Positions 54,321 to 64,000 of a stretch of DNA of 64,000 nt are shown here, piece after piece. Position numbers and translations under genes: made by a program. The notes beneath the pieces were generated by a model. That model was given only the letters and a program-made list of their open reading frames with translations, was not told where the DNA came from and ran no database searches. This stretch comes from Pachysolen tannophilus NRRL Y-2460 (Eukaryota). Position 1 is the first letter of the stretch, and every line of letters starts with the position of its first letter. The DNA is taken from NCBI GenBank assembly GCA_001661245.1, contig KV454012.1, positions 1,538,418 through 1,602,417 of the forward strand, read 5' to 3'.

Positions 54321-55592
54321 ATGGGTAGAAAAGTTTCATCTTCTGTTTCAAAAGAGAAAAAAAATGATTCTAAGCTGTCTACACCAACAAAGCAAAATCA
54401 AGTAACAGGTGGGTCTGACCTTGTTAAAAAAGATAGTGATAAACAAAAGAAAATACAAACTTTTATTGTTAGGACAGTATGGACACTAGTTATGATTACA
54501 GGTATGTTTGCTATACTTGCATTTGGACATGTTGTTACAATTATGTTTGTATTGGTTTTACAGACATTAGTTTTCAGAGAATGTATTAATATTACTACTG
54601 AGAGAGCTAGAATTGAAAAATTACCATTTACACAATCATTAAATTGGTATTTTTTAGTTACTTCAATTTATTATTTGGATGGTGAAACTTTTATATATTA
54701 TTGTATTAATAATTTAAGAAATCCATCTGTTGAAATTTTTCTGAGACTTTTTTTAAACAATCATAAATTTATTTCTTATTGTCTATATGTTTTAGGTTTT
54801 GTATTTTTTGTTGCTAGTTTGAAAAAAGGATATTATAAATTTCAATTTGCTCAGTTATGTATAACTCATATGACTTTATTATTGGTTGTTTTCCAAGCAC
54901 ATTTAATTATAAATAATATTTTAAGTGGTTTAATCTGGTTCTTACTACCAGTTGGTTTAGTGATTACAAATGATATCTTTGCTTACTTATGTGGAATAAC
55001 ATTTGGTAGAACAAGATTAATTGAGATTTCTCCAAAGAAAACAGTTGAAGGTTTTGTTGGTGCATGGGTTTGTACTGCATTGATGTCAATCTTGTTAACT
55101 TTTATATTATCGAAATATTTCTATTTAATTTGTCCCGTTGATGATGACCTAACAATAAATGCTTGGTCTGCTATGATGTGTGATCCAAATCCAGTTTTCA
55201 TTTCACAAGTTTTCAAATTACCTCCAAATATAGCAGAATTGGTAAAATTTGAATATTTTGGTTTAAAACCAATTTATTTCCATTCAATGGTTCTAGCAAC
55301 TTTTGCTTCTTTAATTGCACCTTTTGGTGGGTTTTTCGCAAGTGGATTGAAAAGAGCATTTAAAGTGAAGGATTTTGGAGATACAATTCCTGGTCATGGA
55401 GGTATCACAGACAGAATGGATTGTCAATTTTTGATGGGTTCTTTTAGTTATTTATACGTCCAAACTTTTATTGATAGTCACAGACTAAATATCGGTACAA
55501 TTCTACAAATGATTTTAATGAATTTAAATGACGATCAAATCGTCACTTTAATCAATAGTTTGGAAACTTATTTAGCTAATAGAGCTCGCTGA
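54321..55592 (+). CDS. CDS1: Phosphatidate cytidylyltransferase (CDP-DAG synthase)
   Basis: NDIFAYLCGITFGRTRLIEISPKKTVEGF and SGLKRAFKVKDFGDTIPGHGGITDRMDCQ. Confidence 0.97.
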   Translation: MGRKVSSSVSKEKKNDSKLSTPTKQNQVTGGSDLVKKDSDKQKKIQTFIVRTVWTLVMITGMFAILAFGHVVTIMFVLVLQTLVFRECINITTERARIEKLPFTQSLNWYFLVTSIYYLDGETFIYYCINNLRNPSVEIFLRLFLNNHKFISYCLYVLGFVFFVASLKKGYYKFQFAQLCITHMTLLLVVFQAHLIINNILSGLIWFLLPVGLVITNDIFAYLCGITFGRTRLIEISPKKTVEGFVGAWVCTALMSILLTFILSKYFYLICPVDDDLTINAWSAMMCDPNPVFISQVFKLPPNIAELVKFEYFGLKPIYFHSMVLATFASLIAPFGGFFASGLKRAFKVKDFGDTIPGHGGITDRMDCQFLMGSFSYLYVQTFIDSHRLNIGTILQMILMNLNDDQIVTLINSLETYLANRAR

Positions 55593-55932
55593 GCAGAAAC
55601 ACATTCAACAAAAAAATAAATAAAAAAGATAAAAAAAAAAAAAAAGAAATCAAAGGAAAACAAAAGGAATAAAATACTCGCTTTGGACGAGTCTTGTAAG
55701 TAGAATGAATGAATACTAAGAAGAGCAGAAAAAAAAATTAAGAGAACAAAGAGAGAAGAAACAGAGAGAGAAAATTAATGTGTAACAGAACCATATATAT
55801 ATATATATATATATTATATAAAATATCTCGTCTTGTCTTAATACTACTATTATAACTATTACAACTATATCTTAACTAAAATGTCTTATATATAAATTAA
55901 TTTCCTATTCAAGTAATTTCCTGTTTTGTCAA

Positions 55933-55959
55933 CTCATCTCGAAAAGATAAAAATTTTCA
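55933..55959 (-). promoter_or_regulatory. PAC (GAGATGAG) and RRPE (TGAAAATTTTT) ribosome-biogenesis elements upstream of UTP10
   Basis: CTCATCTC at 55933-55940 and AAAAATTTTCA at 55949-55959. Confidence 0.7.
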
Positions 55960-56131
55960 AGTAAAAAAAATTTTTTTTTTATTCTTTTTTGTTTTGTTAA
56001 GTAAAAACATCAAATTTTATCGATATAACAAAGCTTTGGTTTTTTATATTTTTGTTCTATCTCGTTACACAGTTCGCTGTTGGAGTTGAGAGTTGTGGAG
56101 GGTTTCAGCGGTTAGCTAGAATTGTTTTAAT

Positions 56132-59100
56132 ATGTCGTTGTCGCAACAGCTATCGACTATTGCTGGTGCTAATCAGACGTTGGCTTTAGATAGGAAGAAA
56201 CGTTCAAAACTTCATTCGGTTTCATTGATTTATGATCCAAAATTTGCTTCGACACAAGATTATGATTCCATTTATCAAGTTTCTTTAGATGCTCTAGAGG
56301 AGTTAGAGTTAATAGATAAGAGATTTGGCCGTTTTAAATTGACCATTTTCAGTGAAACTTCAATATCGGTTGATAGGTTAATACAAACAAAAGAACAAAA
56401 TGAAAATTTGAATAAGACAATCGATGCTTTTTTAAGTTTGCTATCACCTTATTGGAATTTGAATATTGCTGTAAAGGCTGCAGAATGGCCTTTACGTAGG
56501 TTTCAAATGAACGTTTATAACTCAGAAACTTTTTTGTTATCAGCGCTTCCATATTTTGACTATCCAGTTTTTAATAAGATTTTATATGTTTTACCGTCTG
56601 GAAATAATGGGTTCCCAAATATTTTCCATTGGTTAATAAATTTTAAAAAAAATAATGAACTTCCTTCTAGGAATGTTATTATAAAGGCATTTACAGATTT
56701 AGATTTTTTCAAATTTTATTCAAAATTTTTAATCGAACAATTACATGTTAAAAATGAAAACCAAAAACAATTGATTTTTTATGTTACATGTTGTATATCT
56801 AGTATTGCTTCATTGGCTTCAAATGATAATGAAAGATTGAACAATGACTTCACTCCTTTGATATTAGAAGTTAGTGCAGTTTTGTTGAATTCGAATAATC
56901 AAGATTGTAAAATCTCGAGTTATACTATTTTATCAGTTTTAACTACTGCTGTTCCGTTATCAAAAGAAACTATATTTGCATCGATTGAAGCAATTTTAGA
57001 GAAAAATTCTTCAAAATTAAATAAACAAGCTTTAATTTGTATTTTAAAATTATATCAATCTTTACAATCAGGCAGTTATGAAAAATTACCTACTAATATA
57101 TTGAATAAATTACCACCATCGGCAACATTATTCAACAATGAAGAATTTATTGGAGTATTAAATAATGGAAATAATAGTAAATTTATTTCCAACTATTTAA
57201 GGTCTTGCATTGTTAATGATAAATTGGAACAAAGTGTATTGGATTTCTTAAGGAATTATAAAATCAAATCATCAAGACAGTTTAAAGATATATTAAATGA
57301 TTTGTTGAACAAACTAAATACTTCACCAGAGAAAAGTTCGAATTTAACTCTGTATTTTGAATGGTTGATAAGTTTGAACAGGGACTTATTTTTAATCACA
57401 TTAAAGGAGCAAGATTTCGAATTACAATTATTGGAAATGAAATTGCAGACAACTTTGATCACTGATGATATATCAACCGATGAAGTGAATAATGTAGAAG
57501 TTATAGACGAATTGTCGGATGAAAATGATTTACAAATAAATTCAGAAGTAAATGTTGAAGAATTAAGAAAATCATTTGAATTAAATAAAGTAAATGTGAA
57601 ATCTTTTTTACATTCAACAACATCAAATGATAGTGATTTTAAAAAACTATTACCTTTATTTTTTACATCGATTGAGTCAAAGACTTTTCAAATTTTTAAT
57701 AAGAACTGTTTGATATCGCCATCATCAGCTATTTCTTTCCTTTTAAGAGTAGCAATTTCATTGAATATTCCCACTAAAGCAAGACTTTTTGCTATTGTCA
57801 CATTGAGGAAAAGGTTTAAAGAGTTGCAATCATCCTTTTCGCTATATACTTTAGTTCCACTTTTGATCGTTTTATTGGCTGATAGTAAACAGTTGATTAG
57901 ATTAGGTGCCATTGAATTGATCAAAACTATAAATGATAGACCAAGTGAAAAGATTGGAGAATCTTACATGATTAATGATATTTATGGTGAAGAGTTATCA
58001 TCAAACTTAGTCAGTTTAAACCCAACAGACGGAAAGAAATTTTTAAATGAGCTCACATCATTAATAGATTCTTGTAAATTAGATGGCGAACAAATTTTTA
58101 GAGTTGTGGACAGGTTTATGGAACAGGATAAGAAATCGAGTAAGCTATACTTAGCTCTATTTGTTTCTCATGCATCTTCTAACAATTTACCAATTGCTAA
58201 GCTGAGATTACTTAAAATTGTTGTTAATGGTACTAAAATTGTAAAAAATGCTGCTTCGCCTTCTCAGTTGTTTGATACATTATTGACTACATATATCGAC
58301 AAAAGAATTCATTGGCAAACAAAATGCATTGAATCGGGTACTAATTTTCAAACCTTCGAAGCGCAGATTGTTGATTTGATTTCTTTCAAAGAAAAGAATT
58401 TATCTGCTATTGAATTTTTAGAAAAATCGTTTTCATCTTCATCGGAGGAATTAGCCAATCTTTGCTCCTCAAAAATTATCAGGATTTTTGAATCTTTGAA
58501 ATTTGATTATCAATTGCGTTTTGTAAAGTTTATTGTCGATAACACAGCATCTGGTGACTCAAATATAAGCTATGATCCTGTTGAACTTTTACAATCTTTG
58601 ACTTTAACGAATGAGATTTTTGTTCAATTATTAAAAGACACCACGTTAACACAAACGCAACCTACAAATGGCTCTGTTCCAAAAAGAAGAAGAAGATCGT
58701 CTCAGTCTACCAGGCAAGCTATGAAGGATTCTTCAGTTTCTAAAATTGCCATAAATCATTTGAAAAAGGTTATTTCGATTTTGGAAGTTTTAGAAAAACA
58801 TTCATCGTCGCTTTCAACAAGTACGTTGAAGCCAACATTTGATTTATTGAAAAAATTGTTCGACGTTTTGAGTGACTTTGAAACTTTAGGAAATGATGGA
58901 AATTTGCCTGTGTTATATGCTCAAGAAATTTTAGCCTCATGTATGCTCAATGTGGTTAATTTCTTGAAAAACAATAAGGATAGATCAAAAATAGAGTCAT
59001 CATTGATCAGAGCGGATGTTATAGTTGCTGCGATTAGATCTTCTAGCTCGCCTCAAGTTCAAAATAAGTTATTATTAGTTGTTGCAGCTTTGGCATCTCT

Positions 59101-61501
59101 ATCTCCAGAAATTGTGTTACATTCAGTTATGCCAATTTTCACATTCATGGGAGCTCATACGATCAGACAAGACGATGAATTTTCAAATCATGTTGTCGAG
59201 CAAACTATATCGTGCGTTGTCCCTGCATTAGCAAATGTTGCAGAAAATGGAAAGACTGATGAAATTGAGTTTTTATTAACAAGTTTTGTCAGCGCTTTTC
59301 AACATATTCCTAGACATAGAAGAGTTAAATTGTTTATGACTCTTTCGAAGACTTTAGGTACAGATTTATCCATAAGTACGATTTTGTTTTTATGTGGTCA
59401 GCAATATTCATTTTCCTTCAGTAAGCATAAGATCACTGAATGTAGATCTATATTAGAATTTTCGTCGTCATTTTTGAAAAATTTCAAAGCTGAAGAGCAA
59501 TTAAAGTCATTCTTAAAATTTTTGGAGTTATGGGAATTGTTGCCAAGTAGCCCCATTGAAAAGAATTCTTCAAAAGGTTTAGAATTGTCTTCAAGATCTA
59601 TATTCGGAAGTACCATTTTGTCATTGACAAAGCCTGAGTTATTTAATTTGAGAAATAATTTAATCTCATTCTTGAATCAATCATTAATTGGAAATAACGA
59701 TTTGAGCTCATTACCTCGTTTGAAAATCAAAATTGCCACCTTATTGTTAGATCCAGAGAGTAATGTAGTTGAAGTTGAGCAAATTAATAACTCATTTGGT
59801 GAAGTTGTTAGTTACATATTGACCCTATTGGATTCAAGTGCTCTTGAAAACGATGATGATGATGTTTCTGGAAATTTGTATAAGTTATTGGGCGATGTAC
59901 TAAACTTATTGCCTATTGATCAGTTTGTCAAGTCTGTTATAGATATTTTGACATCAGAATCTTTAGATTTGCGTGTAAAGAGACATTTGACTATGTTAGC
60001 TGGTTCTAAATTTGAATTAGAACCAGTAGATAATTTTGTTGCTCTAGAGTGCGCTGAGAAGTTCATTCCAATTTTAACGTCAACTGTTGAACTTAAATTA
60101 GACGTCGATGTTTCTCAGGCTTCGTTAGACACCTTAAGTGCTATATTCAATAAATTTGGCTCAAGACTTGACGATTTGTTATTAATGAACACTTTATCCG
60201 TCATTGTTACAGAATCCGGTTTGCTTAGCAACTCACCAGAAATTGTGATTTCAGCAGTTAATTGCATAACAAATATCATTTCTGTTATTGGTGTTAAAAT
60301 GATTGGGTTCTTCCCAAAAATAGTTTCACCTGCTTTTAAGATATTTGAAATGTCGAAATCTTTTGAAGATGAAAACTTAATTGAGATTACTCAAGTTTCA
60401 ATACTAATCTTGTGCTCCTGTATGATTAAAAAGATACCTGCATTCATGATTTCTAGTTTGGAGCAGATATTGAATCTTGTTTTGAATGCCAAGTCTCTCC
60501 CATCAGCTACAAGAGTTTCTTTGTTGGATGTCACTGTTCAGCACATAGATACAACAGCTCTTTTGAAGTCTTTATGTTCTATTTGGCCGGCAGTTTCGAA
60601 ATTAGATCCAGTAGCTATAGGATTGTATTTACATGCCTTGGAACTAACGGTAGACAAGTTAGATAAGAAGGCCGCATTAAAACATGCTCCTACATTCATG
60701 AAATTCTTTGTTCATTCCCTAGAATATAGAAGTGGCAGTGATTTCGATAATAACACCATTCACAGAATTGAGGCTTCGTTATTTCAATGTGGTATTCATT
60801 ATGTTATGAAGTTAAATGACAAATCATTCAGGCCATTGTTTGCAAGTATTTCGAGGTGGGCTTTTGATGGTGAAGGCATAAACAGTACTATCTCAGAAGA
60901 AGACAGATTATTGGCCTTCTTTAGATTTTTCAATAAATTGCAACAAAATTTAAAGTCCATCATAACCAGTTACTATTCTTACATGCTAGAATCAGTTGAG
61001 AAATTGTTGAATAGATTTGTTTCAGGTAATTTGAAGGACATTAATTTACGGCGAATTATTATCATTTCCTTGAATACATCCTTTAAATATGATCAAGATG
61101 AGTTTTGGCAGTCACAAGCTAGGTTTGATGTCATTTCTAAAGCTTTGTTGAGTCAATTGGTTAATATTGAAGATGGTATTGGCAAATACTTGGTTAAAAC
61201 AATAGCGTCATTATCCCAAAGATGTTCTTCGGATGATCATAACAAGATGATTAATGAACAGTTAATTTCTCATATGAGATTGTCTTGCAATCCAAAGGAG
61301 AAGTTTTGGGCTTCAAGAACTTTTAAGATGATTTATCAAAAAGTCGGAGAATCTTGGTTAAGCTTACTTCCTCAATTAGTTCCTATTATAGCAGAATTAC
61401 TAGATGATGATGATGAGGAAGTTGAGCATGAAGTAAGAACTGGGTTAGTAAAGGTCATTGAAGGCGTTCTAGGTGAGCCATTGGATCGATATCTTGATTA
61501 A
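56132..61501 (+). CDS. UTP10: U3 snoRNP/UTP-A HEAT-repeat protein Utp10
   Basis: MSLSQQL...LDRKKRSKLHSVSLIY, SVMPIFTFMGAHTIRQDDEFS, KLNDKSFRPLF, LLPQLVPIIAELLDDDDEEVE...LGEPLDRYLD. Confidence 0.97.
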   Translation: MSLSQQLSTIAGANQTLALDRKKRSKLHSVSLIYDPKFASTQDYDSIYQVSLDALEELELIDKRFGRFKLTIFSETSISVDRLIQTKEQNENLNKTIDAFLSLLSPYWNLNIAVKAAEWPLRRFQMNVYNSETFLLSALPYFDYPVFNKILYVLPSGNNGFPNIFHWLINFKKNNELPSRNVIIKAFTDLDFFKFYSKFLIEQLHVKNENQKQLIFYVTCCISSIASLASNDNERLNNDFTPLILEVSAVLLNSNNQDCKISSYTILSVLTTAVPLSKETIFASIEAILEKNSSKLNKQALICILKLYQSLQSGSYEKLPTNILNKLPPSATLFNNEEFIGVLNNGNNSKFISNYLRSCIVNDKLEQSVLDFLRNYKIKSSRQFKDILNDLLNKLNTSPEKSSNLTLYFEWLISLNRDLFLITLKEQDFELQLLEMKLQTTLITDDISTDEVNNVEVIDELSDENDLQINSEVNVEELRKSFELNKVNVKSFLHSTTSNDSDFKKLLPLFFTSIESKTFQIFNKNCLISPSSAISFLLRVAISLNIPTKARLFAIVTLRKRFKELQSSFSLYTLVPLLIVLLADSKQLIRLGAIELIKTINDRPSEKIGESYMINDIYGEELSSNLVSLNPTDGKKFLNELTSLIDSCKLDGEQIFRVVDRFMEQDKKSSKLYLALFVSHASSNNLPIAKLRLLKIVVNGTKIVKNAASPSQLFDTLLTTYIDKRIHWQTKCIESGTNFQTFEAQIVDLISFKEKNLSAIEFLEKSFSSSSEELANLCSSKIIRIFESLKFDYQLRFVKFIVDNTASGDSNISYDPVELLQSLTLTNEIFVQLLKDTTLTQTQPTNGSVPKRRRRSSQSTRQAMKDSSVSKIAINHLKKVISILEVLEKHSSSLSTSTLKPTFDLLKKLFDVLSDFETLGNDGNLPVLYAQEILASCMLNVVNFLKNNKDRSKIESSLIRADVIVAAIRSSSSPQVQNKLLLVVAALASLSPEIVLHSVMPIFTFMGAHTIRQDDEFSNHVVEQTISCVVPALANVAENGKTDEIEFLLTSFVSAFQHIPRHRRVKLFMTLSKTLGTDLSISTILFLCGQQYSFSFSKHKITECRSILEFSSSFLKNFKAEEQLKSFLKFLELWELLPSSPIEKNSSKGLELSSRSIFGSTILSLTKPELFNLRNNLISFLNQSLIGNNDLSSLPRLKIKIATLLLDPESNVVEVEQINNSFGEVVSYILTLLDSSALENDDDDVSGNLYKLLGDVLNLLPIDQFVKSVIDILTSESLDLRVKRHLTMLAGSKFELEPVDNFVALECAEKFIPILTSTVELKLDVDVSQASLDTLSAIFNKFGSRLDDLLLMNTLSVIVTESGLLSNSPEIVISAVNCITNIISVIGVKMIGFFPKIVSPAFKIFEMSKSFEDENLIEITQVSILILCSCMIKKIPAFMISSLEQILNLVLNAKSLPSATRVSLLDVTVQHIDTTALLKSLCSIWPAVSKLDPVAIGLYLHALELTVDKLDKKAALKHAPTFMKFFVHSLEYRSGSDFDNNTIHRIEASLFQCGIHYVMKLNDKSFRPLFASISRWAFDGEGINSTISEEDRLLAFFRFFNKLQQNLKSIITSYYSYMLESVEKLLNRFVSGNLKDINLRRIIIISLNTSFKYDQDEFWQSQARFDVISKALLSQLVNIEDGIGKYLVKTIASLSQRCSSDDHNKMINEQLISHMRLSCNPKEKFWASRTFKMIYQKVGESWLSLLPQLVPIIAELLDDDDEEVEHEVRTGLVKVIEGVLGEPLDRYLD

Positions 61502-61708
61502 ATAATTATGTATATGTATTCTTAGAAGAGGTTTTTCTTTTATTTATAGATAGATTTACAATTTTTTTAAACTTTTTCTTTCGTTGTGTATCATTTCAAT
61601 GATGAATGAACGTTACGCTTGATCTCAAAATGTATTAGGTTACCAAAGCTGAAATTAATATGAAACGAAGAGAATAGTTAACTATATACAGCATCGATGA
61701 GTCAAAAC

Positions 61709-63019
61709 TTATGGTGTTTCAGAAATTTTTTTTACATCATTCAATTCTTTCCACATCTGATTTATTTGCTCTCTACCAGAACCTATTTTAAATTTTCCAT
61801 TTTCATGAAGGAATTCATCTTTATTCTGAAAGTGTAAGCTTCCTTTCGCAGTCTTTGTAATTTTCTGTATTTCGTTGTCCTTGGATTGTAAATTAATATA
61901 CCTATTATCCACTGCCCTCTTTATACTTTGAATAACAGGTCTACCATTAAACCTTATCAATCTCCTCAAATCATTAGTGATGGTCTCAAGCATGATTCTA
62001 TCATTTAAACTTATGATTTTATTCCACTTATTGGCTAATAATGAATCCTCTTGGGATTGCTTCAGTTCATGTTCATTTATGTTATTGAAGTAATCTCTTG
62101 CATTCAATTGTCGCTGTAATGTTCTTAATGGAACATCATCAAACTTATTTGATGTCAACTGATTTGTTGAAGGAGAAATCCCCAAGTAAGATACATTTGT
62201 AGCTGGAGACGATGCATTTGATGACTGTGATTGACTCGTTCTACGATCGGGGCTTGAGCTTGTTCTATAGAGTTGTTCTGCAGGAAAAAAATTATCTACT
62301 TTTTGTTCTCCCTCTTCATCTAATTTGTTTGAACTTTCTAGTGATCCGCTTCTAAAAGCAGTATATGAATAATTTAATAATGATTTTTTGTGTTGATGAT
62401 GTTTTTGCCAATTTTTATTATTTGATTTCCTTTCTTTATTATCTTCTAATTCAAATTCAGGACTAAAAGAAGATATCCAATTATCGACATTTTTATTTGT
62501 TGATTTTGAGGTTAACGTAGGTGATTGGTATTCGACTATACTTCTTTGTTTTTCTCTTAAATTTGCAGTGGAAGTGGCCTCTGTTTGAAAAGTATAATTT
62601 GAAGAAGCACTTGACTGACGAGAATGACTTCTATAACGACTGAAGTTACTATGAAGGTTTCCAGGAACAACCGTATCAGAAACTGTATTTTCATTGTAAG
62701 GTAATAATAATGAATGCTTGACCTTTGCTGTGGGTATTGGCTTATGATTAGAAACAAAGCTTGATTTTGAATTATTTCTGGTGGTGTTCTTAAAACTATG
62801 TGTGGAATCATTTCTTAACCTAGATTGTTGGCTTAAAGCTCTTTCTGCAGTAGTTCCTCTAAAAGGTATATTTTTTGTATTGTTATATTCATATCTTGCT
62901 GCTATTTGAAACTGACGTCCCCTTCTTTGTTCAGAGGGAAGTTTAGCATTAGAGTCATAACTTGAGATATTATTATCATTATCTCCAATTACATGTGCCT
63001 CTGCATCCCGTTCCATCAT
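61709..63019 (-). CDS. Ser-rich, mostly disordered protein; C-terminus weakly resembles the Tco89 family
   Basis: 436-aa ATG ORF. RTLQRQL...RIMLETITNDLRRLIRF...PVIQSIKR loosely recalls Tco89 SRTQQKL...FERISRE...RRF.NP....R. The ORF is likely real; the family call is weak. Confidence 0.5.
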   Translation of the reverse strand: MMERDAEAHVIGDNDNNISSYDSNAKLPSEQRRGRQFQIAARYEYNNTKNIPFRGTTAERALSQQSRLRNDSTHSFKNTTRNNSKSSFVSNHKPIPTAKVKHSLLLPYNENTVSDTVVPGNLHSNFSRYRSHSRQSSASSNYTFQTEATSTANLREKQRSIVEYQSPTLTSKSTNKNVDNWISSFSPEFELEDNKERKSNNKNWQKHHQHKKSLLNYSYTAFRSGSLESSNKLDEEGEQKVDNFFPAEQLYRTSSSPDRRTSQSQSSNASSPATNVSYLGISPSTNQLTSNKFDDVPLRTLQRQLNARDYFNNINEHELKQSQEDSLLANKWNKIISLNDRIMLETITNDLRRLIRFNGRPVIQSIKRAVDNRYINLQSKDNEIQKITKTAKGSLHFQNKDEFLHENGKFKIGSGREQINQMWKELNDVKKISETP

Positions 63020-64000
63020 ATAAATGATTTTAATTGCTGTGTTGTCTGTGTTGAAAAAATCGACAGTTTTCCTGGAATTAAAACCTCCTCCTGTTCTATA
63101 TCATATAAATGATCTCTACTTTGAAATATTTTATTTTATTTCTTTTCTTTTTTTTTTGCGCTTTTTGCTTTTTGCTTCTCTTTATCCAAGATTAGTTTAA
63201 ACGCAATGAAACCCATCAAACTGCTTAATTCAAAAATTGGTTTTATTTTAGTTAATATGCTTTTTCAAATTCAAAGGAAAGGGAAACAGTTTTATAAATG
63301 AAATTCAGCCAATAGTTAAAATGTCGATGAAAATAATTTGTTAACTGATAGAGATCAAATGTATATATGGCTCTATTTTATAAGTACAAACTAGACAATA
63401 ATAATAGCCTTGATATTATGCTGCTTTCTATAATACCGAGCATCGATTATGCAGAAGTTAAAATTTGACCAATGAAATGTTATCGATAAGAAGAGAAAGA
63501 AAGAAGAGCCTACCTGACTTTGAAGAGCATATACAACTCTGACATTCCAGTTACAAGTATCATTCAGCTGCTTCCAAATAAACCCATCTCAAATTTAACA
63601 TCACCATTTACTAATGTTCTTCCAAAGTCCCAGTTTTTCAAATAGGAAGCTGGAATGATAAATTGTCTTATTGATGAAAAACTTTGATACCTTCATTAGA
63701 GCTGATAAGGTTTGCCAATTGCATGCATAAACTTGCATGATAGGCCCGAAGGGGCACACGACCTTAATTTGATTGAAAAAGGAAGGGCACAACAGCAAGA
63801 TAGTAAGTACAATTAAGGGAAGGAAAGAAACATACTTTGGCAATTAGTTATTTGTTTTCAAAATCTACATGATAAAAGTAAAAAAGAAAGAAAAAAAAAG
63901 ATAAAAAAAAAAAAATATTGTAGCAGATTTTATGATAGCATAAACTTCGATTAAATGATCTATAGCTGTCTATATTTCTAGTCATAAATTTCAATTGGAG

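Noticed and set aside
912..62811. Many short antisense or alternate-frame ORFs nested in long genes (e.g. 912-1238, 4792-5202, 28222-28575, 32698-33147)
   Set aside because: Shadows of low-complexity or biased codon usage, mostly with non-ATG starts and no recognisable motifs.
63601..63843. 80-aa ORF, and nearby TGATGA...CTGA and small hairpins
   Set aside because: TTG start and no motifs; box spacing too short for a C/D snoRNA and no recognisable guide sequence.
1..64000. CUG-Ser (Candida-type) code as an alternative explanation
   Set aside because: The most informative sites (Rox3 VART, Sur7 PAY, GCA in the ZTA1 paralog) point to Ala; Ser is not formally excluded without a genome-wide analysis.

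Overview
AT-rich budding-yeast (Saccharomycotina) nuclear chromosome segment, gene-dense and almost intron-free, with about 25 protein-coding genes and two N-gaps. Recognisable genes: YJU2, a YJR056C homolog, SUR7, PTK2, RPL32 (with a 5'-UTR intron), MED19/ROX3, FMP27/Hobbit, TIF3, PDP3, a GIT-family permease, catalase T, BUD17, HCM1, two tandem ZTA1-like reductases, YPK3, MSB3/4, a hexose transporter, CDS1 and UTP10. A long Sds3-like protein, a membrane RING-H2 ligase and a possible Tco89-like protein are also present. In-frame CTG codons repeatedly fall where homologs (recalled from memory) or the in-window paralog have Ala or another small residue. This indicates the CUG-Ala genetic code (Pachysolen/Nakazawaea/Peterozyma clade), so the supplied ORF translations are probably wrong at CTG. 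The least explained part is an extremely AT-rich island at about 8.9-11.8 kb between SUR7 and PTK2. It holds two tandem orphan ORFs that share a divergent helical core and mitochondrial-presequence-like N-termini, followed by four copies of a 14-bp motif with hairpin-forming spacers and then a 9-bp A/T satellite. No tRNA, rRNA, CRISPR array or intact mobile element was seen. All homology calls are by eye and memory; no searches were run.
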